Part shown: positions 8,926 to 17,063 of the stretch, in pieces
How positions within the stretch are numbered: position 1 is the first letter of the stretch
How the letters are laid out: the number at the start of each line of letters is the position of its first letter
Source: Candidatus Dormiibacterota bacterium
GTDB taxonomy: Bacteria > Acidobacteriota > Terriglobia > Acidiferrales > UBA7541
DNA length: 32,000 nucleotides
Reading direction: 5' to 3'
Assembly (NCBI GenBank): GCA_035602605.1
Contig: DATNLZ010000088.1
Coordinates: 97,339-129,338, forward strand
Notes under the pieces: generated by a model
What the model was told of the DNA's origin: nothing
The model's database searches: none
What the model saw: the letters and a program-made list of their open reading frames with translations, nothing else
Position numbers and translations under genes: made by a program

Positions 8926-11900
8926 TCAGATTGCTTGAGCCATCTCTAGATAGCGGCAGAGTGCGTTGGCGAGCTTGATCTGTCGTGGAGTCTTGCATTG
9001 CACCTGAAACAAAACTGGGCTTGCAACAATCACGGCAAGACACCGTGCCCGCGAGATTGCAACGTTTAGCCGGTTCAAGCTGTAGAGAAACTCCATCCCT
9101 CTCGGGGCGTCTTCGGGCGTGGAGGTGGTCATCGAGTAGAAAACAACGGGAGCCTCTTGTCCTTGAAATTTATCGACTGTCCCCACACGAGCGCCAGCCG
9201 GGAGCTTCTGGGCTAGGGCCGAGACTTGGGCGTTATAGGGAGCCACGACAAGAATATCTGACAATTGTAGAGCGAGTGTTTCGCTCGTCTTCGTTGTCCA
9301 AGTCGCCCCGCTTCGCAATAATCGGTTTATCAACTCCGCGATCTTCTCAACTTCTTCGGGTGACTCGCTCTGGTTTCCGCTGTGTTGGATCGGAACGAAC
9401 CGTAGACCGGAGCCGTCGAGAAAGCCGTCCGTGTTGACACGTTGCTTCTGGTTCTCGGGACGAGCCGCGAGACGACTATCGTAAAAAAGCTCTGAGGTAA
9501 AGACGCAGATGTCTGGGTGCAAACGCCAAGTTTCCTTGAGAAATAGCCCCTTACCGGGATCAATGGTCGCACGCCCGTCGAGCAGATGAGTTAATGCCGA
9601 CACATCTATTCCCGGAGGATGAACTCCTCGCTGAGGTTGATCTAGCTGCTGCGGGTCGCCGAGCAGCACTAGGCTCGTAGCTGCTTGCGCGATAGCGAGA
9701 ACGTTAGCGAGGGACATCTGACCAGCTTCGTCGACGAAAAGTACGTCCACCGAACTGGCCATGTCCTCCCGCGCCCAAAGCCACGGTGTCCCCGCCGCAA
9801 CCTGCGCTGCGCCATTGGCCAGCGCGCTGAGAACTTCTTCGTTGCCGTCTACTTGCGTGACCATCGAGTCCGGGCAGCCGTCAGTATCGTTCGCCTTCTG
9901 CACGGCTCTCAACCGTACGCCGGCGTCCTGCGCAGCTTTGCAAATGTCCTGCAAGAGTTTGCCGATGACCTTGTGGCTCACAGCGGTGATTCCGACTCGT
10001 CGTCCGTGTTTCACCAGCTCCACAACCATGCGGGCTCCTGTGTAGGTCTTGCCCGACCCCGGCGGGCCTTGAACCGGAAGTACCGAGACTTGGGAGGAAA
10101 GCGCGAGCACGAGTTGTCCGGCAACAGCGGTCATTTGTTGGCGCTCATCGATCAGAGACTCTACATTGGCAAGCGACGCTCGCGGGGGCTGCTGAAGCAG
10201 AAGGTCTCGTGCTGCCCGAAAAGCACCGGGGCCACCGATTCCGTGATCCGCCACCCACGAGCCGAGACGCACGAGGCTTTCTCGCTGAGGTTTGGGATCC
10301 ACTAGGTCGTAGGGAATGAGGGCAGTCGGATGCGGAACCGGTGACGAGGCACCCCTTTTGATGTCGATGCTCCCGTTGCAGTCGTCTATGGCAACGACCT
10401 CGCCGGCATCCTTTTTAGTCTTCGGATCATGAACGGCGTTTGCTCGAGCGATGGCGTGATCCTGGGGAGGGAAGCGATACCTGTGAATAATCGACTTCTT
10501 GATGTGACCCACCGCACCTAGATAGACGAGACCTCCCAGCGCGCCCTTGTCTTCTAGCAATTCGTCGTCGGAAAGGGCGCATAACCTGAAGTATTCCCAC
10601 CACGCGGATTTGCCCTCGCGGCGGTGATATTCCAACATCTGGGCGAGCAACCACAATGCGCGCTGCTCGGCCGTCCGTTCGCTTTCTTCCGCCGGCAGAC
10701 CGGCGACCAGGCGAGCCATAATCGCCCGAACCTGCGCGACCCGGGCGGCGGGTTCTTCGGCCGCTTCGCCATGTTTCAATGTGGGTCTCGGCAACGCTTT
10801 GCCCGTCTTTACCTCGAGTTCATGCCGGCGATCCTCCAGCCATTGCCGAAGCTGCCATGCCGAAAGACAATCGTCTCGATTGTAAGTTTCAATGGCCGCG
10901 AGAAGCTCGCCTCCGGCCTCTTGAGCGTTCCCGAATACCAGCATGGCTCCGAACGTTTGAAGCGCTAGGACCGAGTCCCGCGCCGGCACGGCTCGTGTGA
11001 AGCCATAGAGCGGCTCTAGCTTTTTGATGGAATAGCTTTCGACTGACGCCCTTATACCTTGCCTTACGACCCGGTAGAGGTCGACAAGGATGCCCGCCCT
11101 GAGTAGTTGGTCGACTTCATCTACGCAGGTGGCATGCTGTCCCGCCAACCGCTTGATTGCGGTCGGCTCGTAGGGGGCGTAATGGAATATGTGCATATCG
11201 GGGTACCGACTCAACCGCTCCATCACTTTCTTGATGAACTTCCCGAATGCCTCCTTCTCCGCTGCCGGGTCGAACGACCAGGTGGATTCATAACAAGGCT
11301 CTGCTTTTGTTTCTTCGGGCAACGTCAATAGGCCAATCAGGTACTCAAGTCCTTGCTCGAATGCGTAGGGGTCGCCTTCGAGATCAAGGAAGACGTCTCC
11401 TGGGGACGGGACAGGCAAGGCGGCAAGTCCTGTATCCGGCTCACTCGTTTCCAGTAACTCGTAAATTAAATGCCCCTGTTCCCTCGCTTCCACCTGCAGA
11501 CGCGCTTGTTGGTGGATTCGCAGAAGCGCCCGGTTTCCGATACCGTCTATGTTCGTTGTGGCAGTTAAATCCACCTGCGCTAGACGGGCGGCTGTGGTCA
11601 CATCTCGGGCGACCAAGGCTTTGCGCTGATTTCCGGTGATACCCGCCACAAAGGAAAGGTGATCATCATCTCGGCGTCGCTTGTCGCAGACTGGGAACCA
11701 GGAACACACATCGCAGTGCCGTACCGGCTCGGGATAGGTATGCGCTCGCTCGTTGCGGGCTGCATCGAAGTCTCGTTTGATTTTGCGAAAATAAGCGATG
11801 TATTGGGCCACCGGATGCTTCTCTGTATTCAACTCCGGTCCGAGCACTAGATGCATCCATTCGGGCTGGACCTCCTGAATTTGCCAAAGAAGGTCCGAAT

Positions 11901-12330
11901 AAAAACAGAGTTGAATGAGCGCACCAGCTTTCGTTGATCGTGCAAGTTTCGTTTCTAGGACTTCATAAGACCAAGGACCGAGGACGCTTGGTTTGTCAAC
12001 TCGAACGAGGAAGTCGGAGCGGCCATGCCAAGGTCCGTGCTGAAGCGTGGCCTGATATATGGTGCTGATGCCGCTGCGAAGCGCTTGGAGTGTATGGGCA
12101 ACAGCTTCCGCCAATGGAACGTTGGTTGGAACTTCAGCAATTTTTAGGCCTTGGACACCGGCCAAGTGGCGGAAGTATGCTTGCTCGTGCCGAGCTCCTA
12201 GCTCTCTCAGCAGTTCGAGGCCGGGATCGTAGAAAAAGGGCTTTCGAATCTCTCCTGCTGCTTGCTCCCGATCCAGCGTCAAGAGATGCTGACACGATAG
12301 GAAATTGGCGACGTCAGTTGCGGAGAACAT
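8926..12330 (-). CDS. Multidomain nuclease-helicase: Cas4-like PD-(D/E)xK Fe-S nuclease, then an RNase-H-fold (TM0106/RecB-like family) domain, then a Upf1/DNA2-like SF1 helicase
   Basis: 1134-aa ORF. Nuclease motifs: C13, D106 (GRSDFL), E126-x-K128 (EVLETK) and C206-x2-C209-x5-C215. RNase-H-like block: D316-x-E318 (VFLDLEGDP), HYAPYEPTAIKRL and YNRDDC. Helicase motifs: Walker A GPPGSGKT (nt 10045-10068), VLFVDEAGQ, LLGDPQQL, VDKFQGQEAPV and NRLNVAISRAR. Confidence 0.88.
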   Translation of the reverse strand: MFSATDVANFLSCQHLLTLDREQAAGEIRKPFFYDPGLELLRELGARHEQAYFRHLAGVQGLKIAEVPTNVPLAEAVAHTLQALRSGISTIYQATLQHGPWHGRSDFLVRVDKPSVLGPWSYEVLETKLARSTKAGALIQLCFYSDLLWQIQEVQPEWMHLVLGPELNTEKHPVAQYIAYFRKIKRDFDAARNERAHTYPEPVRHCDVCSWFPVCDKRRRDDDHLSFVAGITGNQRKALVARDVTTAARLAQVDLTATTNIDGIGNRALLRIHQQARLQVEAREQGHLIYELLETSEPDTGLAALPVPSPGDVFLDLEGDPYAFEQGLEYLIGLLTLPEETKAEPCYESTWSFDPAAEKEAFGKFIKKVMERLSRYPDMHIFHYAPYEPTAIKRLAGQHATCVDEVDQLLRAGILVDLYRVVRQGIRASVESYSIKKLEPLYGFTRAVPARDSVLALQTFGAMLVFGNAQEAGGELLAAIETYNRDDCLSAWQLRQWLEDRRHELEVKTGKALPRPTLKHGEAAEEPAARVAQVRAIMARLVAGLPAEESERTAEQRALWLLAQMLEYHRREGKSAWWEYFRLCALSDDELLEDKGALGGLVYLGAVGHIKKSIIHRYRFPPQDHAIARANAVHDPKTKKDAGEVVAIDDCNGSIDIKRGASSPVPHPTALIPYDLVDPKPQRESLVRLGSWVADHGIGGPGAFRAARDLLLQQPPRASLANVESLIDERQQMTAVAGQLVLALSSQVSVLPVQGPPGSGKTYTGARMVVELVKHGRRVGITAVSHKVIGKLLQDICKAAQDAGVRLRAVQKANDTDGCPDSMVTQVDGNEEVLSALANGAAQVAAGTPWLWAREDMASSVDVLFVDEAGQMSLANVLAIAQAATSLVLLGDPQQLDQPQRGVHPPGIDVSALTHLLDGRATIDPGKGLFLKETWRLHPDICVFTSELFYDSRLAARPENQKQRVNTDGFLDGSGLRFVPIQHSGNQSESPEEVEKIAELINRLLRSGATWTTKTSETLALQLSDILVVAPYNAQVSALAQKLPAGARVGTVDKFQGQEAPVVFYSMTTSTPEDAPRGMEFLYSLNRLNVAISRARCLAVIVASPVLFQVQCKTPRQIKLANALCRYLEMAQAI

Positions 12331-12657
12331 AGAATTTCCGGACGGCCTTAATGAAGTCTCCTCGACGCATCCAGCTGAACCTTATTTTCATCCAGGGTGG
12401 TGCGCCAACGGCGCATGAGGTCTCATTGGAAAAGATGGATTTGGCTCCCCGGGCTAGATTCGAAATAGCAACCGTTCGGCTAAAGCCGATGAGGGCGAAA
12501 ATTTAAGTACCCTATCCAATGTCGCTTACAACGAATTGCGAGCTATTCCCCCTTCGCTGCACCCAATCCTGCACCCAAACCGCGAAACGTTTTAGAGAAA
12601 ACGTGAAGGGACTCCACGATCCCGACGTGCTGGCTCCTGTCAATGAACGAGGACCGG

Positions 12658-13050
12658 TCAGTCCATTCCGGACCCCAGTACAAGATCGAGGCGCGCAGCT
12701 TCGGCGAACGCTCGGAAGTCCCGGTCTCGCGTGAGCAGAGCAACACCTCCGTCGATACAGGTTTGGGCAATCAGCGCGTCGCCGAGGCGTGCCTTGCGGC
12801 GCTTTGCCAGCACCTTCGCTCGCAACCCTCCTGCTCGTTGCCAATAGCCAGATCCGATCTCGATCAGAGGCACTTCTGAGAGCGTTTCGGCAACGCCTGC
12901 AGGGAGCTTCGGGTCGCTTAGCAGTTCGGTGAGCACAACCGGAACCATAACCACCTGCCGGTCTTCCAGCGCTTTATCGAGTAGCTGTGCATCCTCGCCT
13001 GCGCCGCCTTCTAGAAAAGTAACCCATGTGCTCGTATCAGCCGCGATCAT
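12658..13050 (-). CDS. vapC: PIN-domain ribonuclease toxin VapC
   Basis: 130 aa with the PIN acidic residues in context (AADTS, LTELLS, GDALIAQ, TRDRDF). There is a 4-bp ATGA overlap with the upstream antitoxin gene. Confidence 0.85.
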   Translation of the reverse strand: MIAADTSTWVTFLEGGAGEDAQLLDKALEDRQVVMVPVVLTELLSDPKLPAGVAETLSEVPLIEIGSGYWQRAGGLRAKVLAKRRKARLGDALIAQTCIDGGVALLTRDRDFRAFAEAARLDLVLGSGMD

Positions 13051-13250
13051 CGGTCGGCTTTCAGTTCTGCTAACGTGCGCGTGAAGCGAACCTTGCCTCG
13101 GAGTTGGCGGAGGCGAGCGTAAGTCCGCGATGCCGCAACTAGCTGCAGCCCGGTACGGACGGTCTGGGTGATACCGGTACCGCTGGCTTGTCGCGCCTTC
13201 TTGAGAAGCTCCAGCGGTACCTCCACGGTGATCTTACGCGCTGTCTCCAT
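13047..13250 (-). CDS. vapB: Ribbon-helix-helix type VapB antitoxin
   Basis: 67 aa. The pattern is beta-strand KITVEVP followed by two helices (ELLKKARQASG, ITQTVRTGLQLVAA). It is translationally coupled to vapC. Confidence 0.78.
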   Translation of the reverse strand: METARKITVEVPLELLKKARQASGTGITQTVRTGLQLVAASRTYARLRQLRGKVRFTRTLAELKADR

Positions 13251-13261
13251 AATGTCTCATC

Positions 13262-13295
13262 ATACCATACTCAAGACCAGCATCGAATATGGTAT
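13262..13295 (-). promoter_or_regulatory. Candidate VapB operator: 8-bp perfect inverted repeat upstream of vapB
   Basis: ATACCATA (13262-13269) and TATGGTAT (13288-13295) are separated by 18 bp, 12-45 nt upstream of the start codon at 13250. Confidence 0.3.
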
Positions 13296-13394
13296 CTCCT
13301 ACTCGACAAGTGCTCTTGCTCTGTTCGGAGAGCGCTCTGACTCAATGTTGCGGCGCGCACGGTTTTCAAAAGTCATCCCTTCCATAGGCACAGC

Positions 13395-14180
13395 TTACGC
13401 CGAGAGACCAATGCGCCGGAGAAGCTTGTAGAAGCGCGGGGCAGAGCGAAGTGGGGCCAACCGGGGGTTCACTTTCAAGAAAGGCAGCGCAGTGTCACGC
13501 GCTGCGTACGCTTTCGCCAACCAGGCGAACGCCTGGCCCCTGTTCCCTAAACCGGCAAAGACAAGGGCAAAGGCATACGGTGATACATATCCCTTTTTTG
13601 AAAACAGTTTGAGCTCCTCCAGCAGCTTGACCGCTTCCCTCCGCTTTCCTGCCACCGCATAAGCATGTGCGAGCGATGCTAGGTCTCGGGAGCTGCGCTC
13701 GGAACATGCCACCGCATTTTCAAACGCCGCGATGGCCTGCTTATACATTCCTAGCTGCTCGTAAGCTCTCCCAAGATCTTCATGGGCCGGGGCGAAACTT
13801 GAGTCTATCTCGAGGACCCTCAGCGACTGCTCGACGGCCTCTCTGTAATGGCCGGCATGGTAGAGAATGGCTGCGAGGTTCGTCCCGGCCGGCAGGGAAA
13901 CCGGATCCAACGCTTGGGCGCATCGTGCCCGTGCGATGGCTTCGTCCATCCGACCGACGACAAGCAAATAGTTGGCGTAATAAAAGTGGGCATTGGCATA
14001 GTTTGGGTTTAACTCAATCGCACGACTGAACTCTCTGTCGGCAGCCAACCAGTTGAACTCGTGGAAATATGCATGTCCCAACGACGTGTATGCTTCCGCG
14101 AGCGTCTGGTCCATCCGCAGCGCTTTCCCAGCCGCCTTCGCTGAAGTAGCCGTGCTTCTTGCCGCCACTGAGAATCTCAA
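13395..14180 (-). CDS. TPR-repeat protein; probably the detached C-terminal part of the upstream wHTH regulator (frameshifted)
   Basis: The 261-aa ORF starts at a TTG; the first ATG is at 14114 (MDQTLAEAY...). Repeated TPR signatures are present (AYTSLGHAYFHEFNWLAADREFSRAIELNPNYANAHFYYANYL, etc.). It overlaps the 3' end of ORF 14014-14556 in another frame. Confidence 0.7.
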   Translation of the reverse strand: MRFSVAARSTATSAKAAGKALRMDQTLAEAYTSLGHAYFHEFNWLAADREFSRAIELNPNYANAHFYYANYLLVVGRMDEAIARARCAQALDPVSLPAGTNLAAILYHAGHYREAVEQSLRVLEIDSSFAPAHEDLGRAYEQLGMYKQAIAAFENAVACSERSSRDLASLAHAYAVAGKRREAVKLLEELKLFSKKGYVSPYAFALVFAGLGNRGQAFAWLAKAYAARDTALPFLKVNPRLAPLRSAPRFYKLLRRIGLSA

Positions 14181-14556
14181 ATGGCAGCACGATCAGCATG
14201 ACTTTTTTCGCCGTGGAACCCGCGGGTGGCGTTGCTACTGTTTTGACAGAACCAACGAAGCGGTAGCCGCGCTTGGAGATAGTCTCAATGAATTGCTGGC
14301 CGCCAGCGCCTTCGCCCAGTGCCTTTCGCAGGAGAGAAATATGCGAGGTAAGGCTACCTTCTTCAACAATCGCATCTGCCCAAACCTTCTGGAGCAGTTC
14401 GTTTCTTCCGACGGGGTTGCCGCGGCTCTCAACCAGTGTAATGAGGATCTCGATGGCCTTGGGAGTGAGCGGCACGCGCTGGCCTTCGCGCAATAACAAC
14501 TGGCCGTTGGCATCCAGACGGAACCGGCCAAACTCGTAGATGCGCTCCGATGTCAT
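14014..14556 (-). CDS. Winged-helix (OmpR/CadC-type) DNA-binding protein, apparently truncated
   Basis: The N-terminus IYEFGRFRLDANGQLLLREGQRVPLTPKAIEILITLVE...ISKRGYRFVG is a trans_reg_C-type wHTH. It is followed by VLPFEILSGGKKHGYFSEG, the start of the TolB-like domain usual in these regulators. The sequence then becomes non-homologous and stops. Confidence 0.75.
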   Translation of the reverse strand: MTSERIYEFGRFRLDANGQLLLREGQRVPLTPKAIEILITLVESRGNPVGRNELLQKVWADAIVEEGSLTSHISLLRKALGEGAGGQQFIETISKRGYRFVGSVKTVATPPAGSTAKKVMLIVLPFEILSGGKKHGYFSEGGWESAADGPDARGSIHVVGTCIFPRVQLVGCRQRVQSCD

Positions 14557-14658
14557 TGCAAAGAGTCTTTGAGAAATTCATGAGAAAAATAACAGCTTTC
14601 GCGCAGGACTTCCAGATGCCCTTCTCCTTAGCATTGGCACCCCAGGAGGATTACAACA

Positions 14659-15942
14659 ATGATTCGGCTTGTGAAGCAGCGAAGTGCAGCTTTGATTTTT
14701 GGCGGCGTCCTGTTGATGACTGTACTGCTGCTGAGGACCGGGACTTCCTGGGCACACCAAGAAGGTGAAGAAGCAGTGCATGACCGGAAACTAACCCACG
14801 AAAAATATCTGTTTGTTTGGGCAGGTGACCAGTCTCGTAGCAATCCAGACTTTCTCGCAGTTATCAACTTCGACGAGCACTCGTCGCATTACGGGGGAGT
14901 GATTCATACGGTGCCGCTTCCCGGACCGGGTGCCACGGGCAATGAACCCCATCACGTGGGGCTCTCAAAGGATGAAACCGTCCTAGCCACCGGTGGGCTT
15001 CTGAGTGTCTTGAAGGGACAGCCTGAAGTTTTTTTCTTCGATGTCTCCGATCCCGAGGAGACTAAGTTCATCTCCTCGGTCAACCCAGCACTTTCCTCGA
15101 TCACCGATGATTTCGAACCGCTGTCCGACGGCGGCTTTCTGGTGACGATGATGGGCGGGCGGCTGGGGCATGCCCCCGGCCGGGTAGTGGAATTCAACGA
15201 TGATCTCAAGGTAGCCGGCGAATTCCCGGCGAACCCGCCGCCGGATGGCTTTAATCCCCACGGAATCGCCATCCGTCCAGAACTCAATTTGATGGTGACC
15301 AGCGACTTTATCTGCCCCACAAGCACGCTGAATTCTGTGGCAGGGGGCCTGGATCTGCGGGGGAGTATTCGGATTTGGGACTTGGAGCGCAGAGAAATTC
15401 TTCGGACTGTTGACATCCCCAACGCCGGGGGCACCATTGACGTCAAGCTCATTCCGCACGATCCCAAGGGGCGCGCCTACACGGCGGGCATGCTGGACGA
15501 CAAGCTCTACCTGGTGGATACACGCGAGGGAAAAGCAACGCCTGTGTTCAACTTCAGCTCGATCGCCAAAGGAGGCTGGCCGCAGCTTATGCGCATAACA
15601 CGGGACGGCCAGCGACTGTTCATCACCATGAACCAGGCCGGAAAGATCGTGATGTTTGACACTTCCGAACCGTCCTCGCCCAGGGTTCTCAGCATTTTGG
15701 ACCTGGGACCCACTGCCGGCCCCCATTATCTTCGTTTGACCCGGAACGAAAGCCGCCTCGTCATTTCAGATTACTTCCTCAACGAAGACTCTTTTGGAAA
15801 GGTACATGCCGAAGGAGATCACAAGATCCATGTTGCCAAAGTGACGCGCAACCACCTGGTGCTGGACCCTAGATTCCAACTTGATTTCAATACCGCGTTC
15901 AAAACCGGGCCTGCCCGACCGCACGGCCTGGCGATGAAATAG
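14659..15942 (+). CDS. Secreted SBP56 (selenium-binding protein / methanethiol oxidase) family-like beta-propeller
   Basis: 427 aa, with AGGAGG upstream and an N-terminal signal/TM segment. Several blocks align to human SELENBP1. [34 protein letters not shown] matches [48 protein letters not shown] matches [31 protein letters not shown] matches PQMIQLSLDGKRLYIT. The CSSC motif is absent. Confidence 0.65.
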   Translation: [427 protein letters not shown]

Positions 15943-16237
15943 GTCGTCGCAATCGGATTCAAACGCTTCGGCAGCCGGACGGCGTAAGGCGCACCTGCGG
16001 CTGATGTGAGTTCGGCACTGCGCCCGAGAGATTTGTACGAATGACAGGTAGTTGCCAAACACAACTTCGGTCACGTTCGACCGGCGGATTTGGATTATCT
16101 TGCGGGCCGTAGTTTTCCGTAGCTGGTTCGACATCAGGCGGCGTGGCACGCCTTGGGTTGACCCACTAGAGCTTTGCAAAGTGTGCGGAGGGAATCCTCA
16201 AAGTGAAGCGGTCCCCTTTCGACGGCGAGCTAGCGGC

Positions 16238-16633
16238 TCAACGAAATTCGAAACCTGGCAGCCGCAGCGCCTTCTGGTCAAATGTCAAGGTGCAGGAACA
16301 ACCCGCTCTCGCGCCGAGCGCTGCGATGACAGCATCGGCGAACGAGCCCTGTCCTTCTTTCAGTGCAATCATGGCGCTGAAAACCTCCTGCTCGTTCTCC
16401 ACGACGAGCACATCGGTCTGAAGCATGCGCTCGACAGCCGCAGCGATTTCATTGGCGGCTAGCCGGTAGGCACGGTCGAGCACCCAGACCGTCTCGACCA
16501 TCGCCACGATGCTGACAAAGCCGGGGTTTCCCTCAGTTAGTCGGCGTTCGATTATCTCCGTCGCCCTTGGCGATTGAATCGGGTCGTCTTGGGTAAGGTA
16601 ACGGACGAGAATGTTGGTGTCGAGCCCGATCAT
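16238..16633 (-). CDS. vapC: PIN-domain toxin VapC (second module)
   Basis: 131 aa. It has the MIGLDTNILVRYL start, MVETVW, FADAVIA and TFDQKA acidic positions, and a 4-bp overlap with the antitoxin gene. Confidence 0.88.
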   Translation of the reverse strand: MIGLDTNILVRYLTQDDPIQSPRATEIIERRLTEGNPGFVSIVAMVETVWVLDRAYRLAANEIAAAVERMLQTDVLVVENEQEVFSAMIALKEGQGSFADAVIAALGARAGCSCTLTFDQKALRLPGFEFR

Positions 16634-16887
16634 CGACGTGGCGCGCGCGGTGCAGCGCCGGCGGCGCCTTCAGCAGCAGCCTCGGTCATCTCCACGATGG
16701 CCACCGGCCGTCGGCGCCGCGGTTTGATGATGCCTCGTAAGGCCGATGCACGGAGTTTCGGCAAGAGGACCACACTGCCATCAGGATGCACGAAGAACTT
16801 GACTCGATCTCCCGGCTTCAACCGCAGATGTTCGCGAATAGCCTTCGGGATCGTCGCCTGACCCTTGACGGTGATTGCAGATTCCAT
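16630..16887 (-). CDS. AbrB/SpoVT-fold antitoxin (VapB/MazE-like)
   Basis: 85 aa. ITVKGQATIPKAIREHLRLKPGDRVKFFVHPDGSVVLLP is a typical swapped-hairpin AbrB-type DNA-binding domain. GGAGG lies 4 nt upstream of the ATG. Confidence 0.85.
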   Translation of the reverse strand: MESAITVKGQATIPKAIREHLRLKPGDRVKFFVHPDGSVVLLPKLRASALRGIIKPRRRRPVAIVEMTEAAAEGAAGAAPRAPRR

Positions 16888-16891
16888 GGTA

Positions 16892-16942
16892 CCTCCATTA
16901 CAATTTACTTAAAGTAATACCACGATGTACACTTTACGTCAA
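16892..16942 (-). promoter_or_regulatory. Candidate vapBC-2 promoter with nested inverted repeats overlapping the -10 element
   Basis: On the minus strand: TTGACG (16937-16942), a 17-nt spacer, then TATTAC (16914-16919). Inverted repeats are TTACTT/AAGTAA (16905-16910 / 16912-16917) and ATTAC/GTAAT (16897-16901 / 16914-16918). The SD CCTCC is at 16892-16896. Confidence 0.4.
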
Positions 16943-17063
16943 GGTGCCCATCTACGCGTCACATCGCTTGTCAAGGCCCACGTCGCTTAGGGCTGGAGAA
17001 TACTGAGTACGGTCCGAGAGCGCGGTGGCTTTCTTCGGAGTGTTTCAGTATTGTTGACGCCGC

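Noticed and set aside
12317-12370. A 17-codon upstream ORF (MRRGDFIKAVRKFYVLRN) overlaps the start of the nuclease-helicase gene.
   Set aside because: It is very short, has no SD, and I can assess no conservation. It is most likely fortuitous.
12442-12469. On the minus strand, GCTAT-TTCGAAT-CTAGC-CCGGGGA-G-CCA resembles a tRNA T-arm plus 3' acceptor strand plus CCA. It could be an att-site scar between the helicase gene and vapC.
   Set aside because: The T-stem has only 4 pairs and lacks the conserved G53. No matching 5' acceptor strand, anticodon arm or D-arm lies upstream. No second copy of the sequence and no integrase are in the window. It could be chance. A tRNAscan/Infernal run and a search for the 28-mer at a tRNA gene elsewhere in the genome would settle it.
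16048-16150. In minus-strand ORF 15766-16179, the segment RRLMSNQLRKTTARKIIQIRRSNVTEVVFGNY loosely resembles the C-terminal LRHTxA...IQxxLGH...Y box of tyrosine recombinases.
   Set aside because: The catalytic His/Arg positions are not conserved, the spacing is ~10 aa too short, and the ORF overlaps the 3' end of the SBP56-like gene. This is insufficient evidence for an integrase remnant.
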